This document shows positions 9,806-18,157 of a DNA stretch of 64,000 nucleotides, in pieces. The stretch is from Dehalococcoidia bacterium. Its GTDB lineage: Bacteria; Chloroflexota; Dehalococcoidia; Lucifugimonadales; UBA3495. Within the stretch, counting starts at the first letter, position 1. Every line of letters begins with the position of its first letter. The translations under genes were made by a program, and so were the position numbers. The notes below the pieces were generated by a model. It did no database searches, was not told where the DNA came from, and saw only the letters and a program-made list of their open reading frames with translations. The DNA is taken from assembly GCA_965197665.1 (NCBI GenBank), contig CBDANO010000004.1, forward strand, positions 447,885 through 511,884, written 5' to 3'.

Positions 9806-11074
9806 ATGCCGGGACCACTTAGCGGAGTCAAAGTCTTGGAGTTTACCGAGATCATTGCCGGCCCGTTAGCCGGCATGCTTTTGGCTGACTTCGGAGCGGA
9901 GGTCATAAAAGTGGAGCCGCCTTGGGGGGACCCTTGGCGGTACACCCAGTCCTTTCTTCCGACGGAAAGCCGGCCGTTCATCGCCAATAACCGGGGAAAG
10001 CGAAGTTTAGCACTGGACTTGACAACCCCTGAAGCACGGGGTGTTCTCGAGGGCATGCTGCCGGGAACCGACGTGGTGCTGGTGAATCTGCGTCCCGACG
10101 TGAGTTACAAGTTGGGCTTGGAATACGAGACCCTATCCCAGTTGAACCCGAGGCTAATCTACTGCGATCTTACCGCTTTCGGACGCCAAGGTCCCGATTC
10201 GAGCCGGCCCGGCTACGACATCCTTTTGCAAGCGGCCACCGGGCTTATGGCAGCCGAGGGCAAGCTGGACCGAGGAGTGCCGCAGCACGTCTGGTCAACG
10301 CCGCCGGTCGACACCGCGGCCGGTCTGTGCCTAGCTTGGTGCGTTTGCGCCGCATTATACGCCCGGGAGCGCACCGGACAGGGCCAAAAGGTGGAATCCA
10401 CCCTCCTCGGCGCTGCGGTGGGTCTGCTGGGAATGCGCCTCGTCCAGGTTGAATCCCTTGACCGGGAATCCAGGCTTCAATCCTTGGAGGAGTTGGAAGC
10501 TTTACGGTCGGCGGCGGCGCCCTTCGAGGAAGTCCTGACGCTGTATCAGGCCAACCACCCGCTGCCCTCGGGGAATATTTACTATCGGGTATTTATGGCC
10601 CAAGACGGCCCGGTGGCGGTGGGCTGCCTCAGCGACCGGTTGCGCCGGCGGCTTCTGGACCTTCTTGGGCTGGAGGATATCCGCTTCGAGCCAAGCTATG
10701 ACCCGGCCAGCCCGGAGGCCGAAGAGTTCGGGCGAGCGCTGGAAAGCAAAGCCGAGGAGATTTTCCGGACTAAGAGGGCCGCCCAGTGGTTGGAACTTTT
10801 CGAGACGCAAGGAATACCGGCGGGGCCGGTGCGCTTCATCGAAGAGTTATTCGATGACCCCCAGGTAGCGGCCAACGGTCTGCTTACCGAGGTGGAGCAC
10901 CGGGACGCCGGTGTGGTAAAGATGGCCGGTCCACTGGCCCGGTTTAGCGAGACTTCCTTGGACCCGCCGGTCCCGCCGCCAGCTTTAGGCCAGCACACGG
11001 TGGAGATACTTCAAGAGATGGGATACAGCGGCGAAGAGATTGCCAGGTGGCGGGAGGCCGGAATCGCTGGTTGA
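9806..11074 (+). CDS. CaiB/BaiF family (class III) CoA-transferase
   Basis: GPLSGVKVLEF, IAGP, NRGKRSLALDL, GYD and PALGQHT motifs. Confidence 0.9.
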   Translation: MPGPLSGVKVLEFTEIIAGPLAGMLLADFGAEVIKVEPPWGDPWRYTQSFLPTESRPFIANNRGKRSLALDLTTPEARGVLEGMLPGTDVVLVNLRPDVSYKLGLEYETLSQLNPRLIYCDLTAFGRQGPDSSRPGYDILLQAATGLMAAEGKLDRGVPQHVWSTPPVDTAAGLCLAWCVCAALYARERTGQGQKVESTLLGAAVGLLGMRLVQVESLDRESRLQSLEELEALRSAAAPFEEVLTLYQANHPLPSGNIYYRVFMAQDGPVAVGCLSDRLRRRLLDLLGLEDIRFEPSYDPASPEAEEFGRALESKAEEIFRTKRAAQWLELFETQGIPAGPVRFIEELFDDPQVAANGLLTEVEHRDAGVVKMAGPLARFSETSLDPPVPPPALGQHTVEILQEMGYSGEEIARWREAGIAG

Positions 11075-11245
11075 GCTTTGCCCAAAGCTTTATGTTCCAG
11101 TCTTTCCACAGTCGTTGAGTTCGCCGGCAGGCTTCCCAACCGGTCCTCGGTGTTGGCCCGGTACCCGTCATTGGCCCCCATGCCGCGAAGGCGCCGGAGA
11201 GTCCGGTAGGGGGCCGTTCCCAAGGAACTCGTGGAAAAATCGAAC

Positions 11246-12043
11246 TTAGTTCAAGCCGGCCAGAAACTCCAACACCGCGGCCTGAAACTCTTGAGGTTTT
11301 TCTACCTGGGGCGAATGGCCGCAACGGTCGATGGACTTGAGGGTGGCATTGGCCAAAGCCGCCCGGTAAAGCTCCCCGCATTCCATCGGCAAGACCGCAT
11401 CCTGGGCGCCCCAGACGACGAGGGCGGGTGTTTTGACCTTTCGGAGGTAGAAGGGCAGGCTGGGGTTGTGCAGGTAAGGTTTCCAACACAAACGAGAAAG
11501 CATTTCCATGTTCGAGTGGGCGGTGTTCGCTTCGTCCGGGGAGAGATCTCTAAAGTACCACTCATAGTCGGCTACCTGAGAAGGGTCGTAGAAAGCCTTC
11601 TCCAACCGCTCCTCCGCCGAGACCATGAGCATCTCCGCGATCTCGCCAACCTTTGGCTTGATGCCCGCCGCGTCTATCAACACCAGCCCCTTGAGGTCTT
11701 GATGGCACATAGCGGCCATTTCCGCACCAATCCAACCGCCCAAAGAATGTCCCATCAGAACGTACTGTTGCAGGCCCAGTTGCTGGACCAATTCCAAGGT
11801 AAAGTGGGCCGCGTCGGTCACGGTTGACACCCAGGGGGGCCTGGGGGTGCCGAAGAACCCAGGATGAGAGGGGCAGTACACGGTATATTGCTGACCTAGC
11901 GGGCTGCTCCAAGGGTCGAAAGTGGCCAGCCCTCCGCCTCCGTGGAGGAGCAGCAAGGGCGGGCCCGAACCCCGGGAAAACATTTGCACCGGGGTACCGC
12001 CCACGGTAACTATCGATTCTTTAGCGCTTTTAGTCGTCGTCAT
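11246..12043 (-). CDS. Alpha/beta hydrolase
   Basis: LLLLHGGGG, GHSLGG nucleophile elbow, GHSPQVE. Confidence 0.9.
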   Translation of the reverse strand: MTTTKSAKESIVTVGGTPVQMFSRGSGPPLLLLHGGGGLATFDPWSSPLGQQYTVYCPSHPGFFGTPRPPWVSTVTDAAHFTLELVQQLGLQQYVLMGHSLGGWIGAEMAAMCHQDLKGLVLIDAAGIKPKVGEIAEMLMVSAEERLEKAFYDPSQVADYEWYFRDLSPDEANTAHSNMEMLSRLCWKPYLHNPSLPFYLRKVKTPALVVWGAQDAVLPMECGELYRAALANATLKSIDRCGHSPQVEKPQEFQAAVLEFLAGLN

Positions 12044-12195
12044 TCGGTGAATCCCCATCGCCGATTGTTTGCGGCCCGCCGGGCGTATTCTCGACGCCTG
12101 CCGAAAGCCAAAGGCCAATAGACGGCCTGTGGGTGGAACGTCCCCGATTCTGGAACAAATGCCAAGGGATGTCAAGCTGAGCCGCTTTTGAGACC

Positions 12196-12224
12196 TTGAC
12201 AGGCAATAGGGGTCTTAATACCAT
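12196..12224 (+). promoter_or_regulatory. Sigma70-type promoter for tRNA-Gln
   Basis: TTGACA-17 nt-TACCAT. Confidence 0.6.
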
Positions 12225-12315
12225 GAATCTACCCGGAATCTATCCTGAATCTACTGGGGATAGTATCTCCCCGGGCGCCATCCTCGAAGTCGAAGCCCGC
12301 CGCAACCACTGCCTC

Positions 12316-12389
12316 TGGGGATTAGTCTAGCGGTAGGACGCCTGACTCTGGATCAGGTAGCCGAGGTTCGAATCCTCGATCCCCAGCCA
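12316..12389 (+). tRNA. tRNA-Gln(CTG)
   Basis: TGGGGAT...ATCCCCAGCCA; anticodon arm CCTGA-CTCTGGA-TCAGG; GGTTCGAATCC. Confidence 0.95.
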
Positions 12390-12491
12390 GTTCGCAGCAC
12401 TCATGGCCAGTTTGACGCTCGAGCAACCGCCGCTTGTTTGGTTCGCGTTCACCATTTCGGGTTCGCCGTTTGCTCAATGGGTGTTTCAATA

Positions 12492-12604
12492 GTCCCTTCT
12501 CCGTGGGGAGAAGGTGAGGATGAGGGGAAAGGTCTGAAGGCAACCGGGATGGTCCGCGCCGGGAATCGTCCTCACCCTGCCCTCTCCCAAGTGTGAGACG
12601 GAAC
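12492..12604. repeat. Inverted pair of REP-like CCTCACCCT..CCCTCTCCC units
   Basis: CCCTTCTCCGTGGGGAGAAGGTGAGGATGAGGGG followed by inverted TCCTCACCCTGCCCTCTCCCAAGTGTGAGACGGAAC. Confidence 0.5.
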
Positions 12605-12643
12605 CTCATAGAACCATCCGAGGGGATTTCAAGGCTATAAATG

Positions 12644-12672
12644 TTGACAGTGCAAAATAGTGTACGTAACAT
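12644..12672 (+). promoter_or_regulatory. Sigma70-type promoter of the sppA operon
   Basis: TTGACA-17 nt-TAACAT in an AT-rich patch. Confidence 0.6.
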
Positions 12673-12763
12673 GCGGGTTGCTTAAACCTGTGCCCCGGGT
12701 CCGGTCCAGCAGGCGCGGGTTACGCCCCTGGGCAACGATCGCCGGCCCGCAAGGAGCTGGGGA

Positions 12764-13816
12764 GTGACAGGCGCCATGGGCAGGCTTTCCTCTATGACTC
12801 GATTTATTACTAGGTGGTATGTTTCCGCAGTCTTGCTTGGGGCCATCGGAATTGTTCTAGGGTCGATGGTCTTCTTCTTTGCGTGGCCCGGCAAGCCCAA
12901 GATCGGGATCATAGACGTGCCATTCACAGTGATTTCCGACCGGTCGGCGTTCGAAATCAACGCGCTCCTTGACTACGCCCGGGACCAAGACTCCATAAAG
13001 GGCGTAGTGATTCAGCTGAACTCCCCGGGAGGCTCCGCCGCCCCCTCCGAGCACCTGTATCTGGAGATAGCCAATCTCCGGCAAGAAAAGCCGGTGGTCG
13101 TGGTAGTAAACCAGTTGGCGGCCAGCGGTGGGTACATGATGGCCTTGGGCGCGAATTATGTTTACGCCAAACCGTCGAGCTTCGTAGCAAGCATCGGCGT
13201 AATCATATCGTCCCTTCCGGGGCTGATTCCCAGGCAGCCCAGCGAACGAGAAGCAACGACAGGGCCTTTCAAGGGCGCGGGCGGGGACTATAGACACTAC
13301 GTAACCTTACTTGACCAGCTGAAGCAGTCGTTTGCCCAGCTTGTAGTTGCCGAACGGGGAGACCGCCTTCGAATACCCCTTGAAGAAGTCATGGAAGGCA
13401 AGATCTACGTGGGAGTCGAGGGTGTGCAGCTTGGCTTCGTAGACGCCATCGGCGGAAGGTCCGACGCTATTGAAAAGGCGGCCTCCTTGGCCAACGTCTC
13501 AGGCTATGACCTGGTGGACATAAATACCGAGGTTTCACTCATCTTGAACCGGAAACTTGAACGGATTAACGAGCCCTTACGAGGGTCGGCGGCACTCCCG
13601 CCGTGGGGCCAGCAACCCTCCTTCGAAGATGGACGGCCAACGTTCCAGGGCCCCGGTGAGTCCGGGCGCCTCACTGGTAAGTCGGACCTGAGCGAGCTGC
13701 GGCTTCTGCCGCTGCCGGGAGGGATCGGCGAAGACCCCGACACCGCCTTGCCGGACTTCCCGATAGAAATCAACAAGCCCAACGTGTACTACCTATATGT
13801 CGGCCCGTCTCCTTAG
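12764..13816 (+). CDS. S49 family (SppA-like) peptidase, membrane anchored
   Basis: LNSPGGS, AASGGY catalytic Ser, SIGV, GPFK Lys; N-terminal TM helix. Confidence 0.85.
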   Translation: MTGAMGRLSSMTRFITRWYVSAVLLGAIGIVLGSMVFFFAWPGKPKIGIIDVPFTVISDRSAFEINALLDYARDQDSIKGVVIQLNSPGGSAAPSEHLYLEIANLRQEKPVVVVVNQLAASGGYMMALGANYVYAKPSSFVASIGVIISSLPGLIPRQPSEREATTGPFKGAGGDYRHYVTLLDQLKQSFAQLVVAERGDRLRIPLEEVMEGKIYVGVEGVQLGFVDAIGGRSDAIEKAASLANVSGYDLVDINTEVSLILNRKLERINEPLRGSAALPPWGQQPSFEDGRPTFQGPGESGRLTGKSDLSELRLLPLPGGIGEDPDTALPDFPIEINKPNVYYLYVGPSP

Positions 13817-15119
13817 AATAAGCCTACTATTGGTTGCGCCGCTGGCCGCGTTGGCGTTTTTCCTGGGGGCTTACTTCTTTTTCTATCGAGGGGGTTATGA
13901 CTCGCCGCCCGCCGTGACTGTCCCCTTCGATAGAGTATCCTCTCCCTTGTCCAGCCACGTTAGCTTTACTGACGCGGCCGAGCTCCACTCGGGGATGCTC
14001 CTGGTGGACGGCGCGCACCTCAACGACTTCACCCGGGGGGAGGTGTCCTACCTTTTAGACCGGGTGGCTTCTCGGGGCTTCGACGTTGAGTTCACCGGCC
14101 CAGTGGCGACCCTCTATTCGGTTCAGCAGGTACCCTCGGAAGAAAGACTCGCCCTGCTAAGGGAGGGTCTTCGCCGGGCGGACAGCTTGCTAGTCATTGC
14201 GCCCGTTGAAGCCTACACTCGCGGCGAAGTGGACTTGGTGGAGCGGTTTGTGGAAAAGGGCGGGAGATTGCTGTTGATAGCCGATCCGACCCGGGCCGCG
14301 GATATCAACAGCTTAGCCGAGCGGTTCGGCGTTACTTTTCAACCCGGTTACCTGTACAACAACGTGGACTACGACCTGAATTTCCGCAATATCTTCGTTC
14401 GAAATTTCCGGCCCGACGAGGTGACCCGAGGCCTGCGCCAAATCGCTCTCTATACGGCGGGGTCGATTAAATCGGCTAGGCCGTGGCTCGCTCATACAGA
14501 CGCGAATACCCGCTCGTCCATCGTCGAAAGGGTCGAGCCTTTCTACCCCATCGTCAGGGGAGAAAACGGCCGGGTCCTCGCCATCCACGACCTGACCTTC
14601 ATGGTGCCGCCGCAAAACTCGATCCTAGACAACGACCAGTTGATATCCAATATAGCCGGCTACCTCACCGCGGGACAGAGGAGCTTCGACCTAGCCGATT
14701 TCCCTTATTTTCTCCGGGGTGACGTCGACATCTTGCTGGGCCGGTCCTCCCTTTTCGACGCCGGCGCGGCGATGAAGGCCGCACTAGGCGGGCTTCAAGT
14801 AAGCTCCAACATCGTGGGCGTTGAGGACATCACCAGAAGTACTATCTACTTGGGGCTTTACCAGGATGCTCCCGGCGTAGCCCAATACCTGGAGATTGCG
14901 GGCGTCCGGGTCGACGGCGCCTTGCGGACCCCGTTCACCCCCGATATCGACCCTGAGGATACGGCTTTTATCCTGCTGCATGAGACCCAGGATAGAAGGG
15001 TCCTGGCGGTCTTGGGCGCCACCGAAGAGGCTGTGGCCGAAATGCTGCGCCGGTTGGGCGACGGGTCCTTCCGCACCGGACTTGTAAGTGACTCCATAGG
15101 AGTGTACCGGATTCGATGA
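13797..15119 (+). CDS. Membrane-anchored DUF4350/GldG-like (GATase-like fold) protein
   Basis: N-terminal TM; LVDGAHLN, LLVIAP..Y, FVEKGGRLLLIADP, DNDQLISN motifs; overlaps sppA. Confidence 0.65.
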   Translation: MSARLLRISLLLVAPLAALAFFLGAYFFFYRGGYDSPPAVTVPFDRVSSPLSSHVSFTDAAELHSGMLLVDGAHLNDFTRGEVSYLLDRVASRGFDVEFTGPVATLYSVQQVPSEERLALLREGLRRADSLLVIAPVEAYTRGEVDLVERFVEKGGRLLLIADPTRAADINSLAERFGVTFQPGYLYNNVDYDLNFRNIFVRNFRPDEVTRGLRQIALYTAGSIKSARPWLAHTDANTRSSIVERVEPFYPIVRGENGRVLAIHDLTFMVPPQNSILDNDQLISNIAGYLTAGQRSFDLADFPYFLRGDVDILLGRSSLFDAGAAMKAALGGLQVSSNIVGVEDITRSTIYLGLYQDAPGVAQYLEIAGVRVDGALRTPFTPDIDPEDTAFILLHETQDRRVLAVLGATEEAVAEMLRRLGDGSFRTGLVSDSIGVYRIR

Positions 15120-16705
15120 ATCGAAGACTACGGCTATTGGCTGCTATGCTTTCCATTGGAATTTTGGCGCCTGGAATTCTGGTGTCGTGCGCCTCGGACC
15201 CCGCTACTCCGCTCCCGGGCGCGGCGGCAGAGGCTACGCCCGACGTTTCCGCCACAATAACCGCTCAAGTCCAACGGGCCGGACCAGGCACGCCGACGCC
15301 GACGGCGGTACCGGCCGGGGCCCGGGCTGCGGCTCTGGAGTTTGCTGCTTCCCATGCCGACATTTCCGCTGACTGGGACCAATTCCATGCTGACTATGAC
15401 AACTGGCGCTTGGGGCTATCGGCTTGCACCGCCGGCTCGTTCCGCGCTTCGTTGCAAGGCTTCGCCGGACGTTTCGCCGGGGTCACCGCGGCCGCAAGGT
15501 CGCTGCCTCGGTCCACCGCCGTACGAGAGTTGTCCGACGCGCTCATCGAGGCTGCGGAGCTGGAAGAGGCGGCTTTGCGCAATCTCAGGGACACGTGGCG
15601 ACCGGCAGACACGTCGATTAGGGAAGTAGTTGTCGAGGGTGACTCCGAAAACGACTCCGAGGAAGCCGGTGTCTCGCAAGTCCAGGCCCCCGTCTCCGGG
15701 TTCGAACTTGTAGACCAAGCCCGCGCCGTGTCATCGGCCCTGCGGCAGGACGTGGCGGACTCCCTTACCGACCGGGCAGCCAATACTTCCGAGGCCTCCG
15801 TGGCCAGTATCAACGAGTTTGCCGCCGGCTTCAACGCCATCGACGCCGCGTGGGACGACTTTCATCGCCGCTATGACTCGTTCCGCAGTGAGACGCGGCG
15901 GACCGCTTCCGGCGAGACCGTAAGCCAGCTTGGCTTACTCATCAACCGGTTCCACGACATTGTCACCGACATAAGGCAACTGCCGACTATAGCATCCACG
16001 CGGCCGGCGGCGGAGGCCCTAGTCCAAGCCGCCGAGCAGGAAGACCTTGCCCTGCGCCGGCTGAGGGATACTCTCCAGTTGATCGTGGACCCTGTTGCCG
16101 GAGCCATCGATGAATCCTTGACCTCCAATAGCGTTCAGGACCCGTCCTCAGCGGGTGGGGAGTCAGCCGAGCAAGAGCCTGAAACGCCCGCCCCCACTTT
16201 GTTCCATGCTTTCGACGCCCAGCTGGTGGAAGCCAACTCCGAAAGACTCGAAGCCCAGCGATTGTTGGAAGAAGTCCTGGAGGATATTTCCGACAATACC
16301 CAAGTCGAAGTCCAAGACTTTGCCGGGTCCTACGGCCGGCTACTCGAGGATTGGAACAGCTTCCACGCCGAGTATGACGAATGGCGCAATACCGGTGGGG
16401 GGTGCGATCAATCCGAGGCAACCGCCGCCCTGGGGCAGCTGAGCGCCTCCTTTGGGAAGATATCCAGGGCGGTGAGGGGCCTACCCGCCGCCACGGTCTT
16501 GCGGCCCCTGGCCGAGATACTCGTTGAAGCCGCCGAAAGGGAGGAGCGAGCCCTCAGAGAGCTGCGGAACACCTGGCGGCCAAATGACACCGGAGTGTAC
16601 CGGGACTTCGACCTCCAACGGAGCACGGCGGGCAAGCTGCGCCGCCAAGTTAAGACCGGCCTTCAGGAACTCTTGGAGGACTACGGTATATCGTCTTTGA
16701 AGTAG
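15116..16705 (+). CDS. Lipoprotein with three tandem helical repeats
   Basis: Lipobox LVSC; three copies of FA-x-W..FH..YD.[WF]R...LP...L..AAE.E..ALR.LR.T; ATGA overlap with upstream gene. Confidence 0.75.
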   Translation: MNRRLRLLAAMLSIGILAPGILVSCASDPATPLPGAAAEATPDVSATITAQVQRAGPGTPTPTAVPAGARAAALEFAASHADISADWDQFHADYDNWRLGLSACTAGSFRASLQGFAGRFAGVTAAARSLPRSTAVRELSDALIEAAELEEAALRNLRDTWRPADTSIREVVVEGDSENDSEEAGVSQVQAPVSGFELVDQARAVSSALRQDVADSLTDRAANTSEASVASINEFAAGFNAIDAAWDDFHRRYDSFRSETRRTASGETVSQLGLLINRFHDIVTDIRQLPTIASTRPAAEALVQAAEQEDLALRRLRDTLQLIVDPVAGAIDESLTSNSVQDPSSAGGESAEQEPETPAPTLFHAFDAQLVEANSERLEAQRLLEEVLEDISDNTQVEVQDFAGSYGRLLEDWNSFHAEYDEWRNTGGGCDQSEATAALGQLSASFGKISRAVRGLPAATVLRPLAEILVEAAEREERALRELRNTWRPNDTGVYRDFDLQRSTAGKLRRQVKTGLQELLEDYGISSLK

Positions 16706-16757
16706 ACTTGGGCCGGACGATTGCTGGGCTGCCCGGCGCAATCGACCGGCCCAAGTC
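16705..16757. terminator. Long GC hairpin after the sppA operon
   Basis: GACTTGGGCCGG/CCGGCCCAAGTC plus CGATTGC/GCAATCG stems; no U-tract. Confidence 0.45.
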
Positions 16758-16861
16758 AACCCTGGTATTGGCAATGACCCGCCGTACTCGTTCGGGAAGC
16801 GGCTCCCTTGCTCGACGCGAAGGTGAGCGACGTCGTATTGGCGAGATAGCATCCCTACCGG

Positions 16862-16922
16862 CCTAGCGGGGGGCTGTGCAAATTGCAAGTAGTACTTGCA
16901 ATTTGCACAGCCCCCCGCTAGG
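16862..16922. repeat. Perfect 61-bp palindrome (30-bp arms, 1-nt centre)
   Basis: CCTAGCGGGGGGCTGTGCAAATTGCAAGTA-G-TACTTGCAATTTGCACAGCCCCCCGCTAGG. Confidence 0.95.
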
Positions 16923-16931
16923 TTAGACACC

Positions 16932-18104
16932 ATGATCGAGCGAGAGATTACCGGCCGTTTGACCGCGCTGTTTCAACAGTACCCCTTCGTGACTGTGACC
17001 GGGCCGCGGCAGTCGGGTAAGACGACGCTCTGCCGCGCTGCTTTTCCTGACCTGGCATATGCCAACCTGGAAGCGCCCGACCAGCGGGCCTTTGCCGAAT
17101 CCGATCCCCGTGGATTTCTCTCGCAGCTCGGCGAGGGCGCCATCATCGACGAGGTCCAGCATGTTCCCACTCTGTTGTCCTACCTGCAGGTTTTAGCTGA
17201 CGAAAGACGGCGCAACAGCCTCTTTGTGCTCACGGGCAGCGAGCAGTTCAAACTCTCCGACGCCATCAACCAGTCTCTCGCCGGGCGGACGGCGCTGCTC
17301 CGTCTGTTGCCATTTTCGCTGACGGAACGGCAGCGGACGGGCGCCAGCAACGTAATAGACGATCTTCTATACTCCGGGTTCTATCCCCGAATTCTCGACC
17401 AAGGACTCGATCCACACCAAGCCCTGGCTGATTACTTTGAGACCTACGTTGAGCGCGACGTGCGCCGCTTGGGGGAAATTCGGAACCTTACAAGTTTCCG
17501 GCGCTTCGTCCGGCTGTGCGCTGGGCGGGTGGGCCAACTGGTCAATCTTAGCTCGCTGGGTTCGGACGCCGGCGTATCACACACGACGGCGCGAGAATGG
17601 CTTACGGTGTTGGAAACGAGCTACGTCGTCTTTCAGCTGCCGCCGTACCACGCCAACATACGAAAGCGTTTGGTCAGGTCGCCCAAGCTGTATTTCTATG
17701 ACGTTGGGCTGGTCAGCTATCTCATAGGCATTGAACACGCCAACCAAGTCGCCACCCATCCCCTGCGGGGGTCCCTTTTTGAGAACGCGGTGGTTGCGGA
17801 GGCGCTCAAGCACCGTTTCAACCAGGGCCGCCAAGCCAATCTCTCCTTTTTCCGAGACGCGCGAGGCTTGGAATGCGACCTCTTTTATGAAACCGGGCGC
17901 GGCATCGGCGCAATCGAGATCAAAGCCGGGTCCACCATTGCCTCAGACTATTTTGGCCCGCTCAATCGCGTCGCCGAGTTGATTCCGGCCATCTCAGCCA
18001 AAGCCGTCGTTTACGGCGGCGCAACCCGGCAGTCCCGAAGCGATTGCGAGGTGGCGCCGTTGGGCGACTTGGGCGAATTGTTGGAACGCTTTGACCTGAG
18101 TTAA
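16932..18104 (+). CDS. AAA_14/DUF4143 family ATPase with C-terminal PD-(D/E)xK-like domain
   Basis: GPRQSGKTT Walker A, IIDEVQ Walker B, LTGS, SLAGR, PKLYFYDVG, ECDL...AIEIK. Confidence 0.9.
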   Translation: MIEREITGRLTALFQQYPFVTVTGPRQSGKTTLCRAAFPDLAYANLEAPDQRAFAESDPRGFLSQLGEGAIIDEVQHVPTLLSYLQVLADERRRNSLFVLTGSEQFKLSDAINQSLAGRTALLRLLPFSLTERQRTGASNVIDDLLYSGFYPRILDQGLDPHQALADYFETYVERDVRRLGEIRNLTSFRRFVRLCAGRVGQLVNLSSLGSDAGVSHTTAREWLTVLETSYVVFQLPPYHANIRKRLVRSPKLYFYDVGLVSYLIGIEHANQVATHPLRGSLFENAVVAEALKHRFNQGRQANLSFFRDARGLECDLFYETGRGIGAIEIKAGSTIASDYFGPLNRVAELIPAISAKAVVYGGATRQSRSDCEVAPLGDLGELLERFDLS

Positions 18105-18109
18105 TCTGT

Positions 18110-18130
18110 GGGGCGGCCTACAGCCGCCCC
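18110..18130. terminator. Hairpin between convergent genes
   Basis: GGGGCGGC-CTACA-GCCGCCCC. Confidence 0.4.
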
Positions 18131-18157
18131 GACCTGGAAGTAAGATGGCGGAACACC

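Noticed and set aside
11075-11245. Possible further repeat element between the convergent CoA-transferase and hydrolase genes
   Set aside because: Only 6-bp inverted matches (TTCCAC/GTGGAA, GAGTTC/GAACTC); does not align with the 197-bp family
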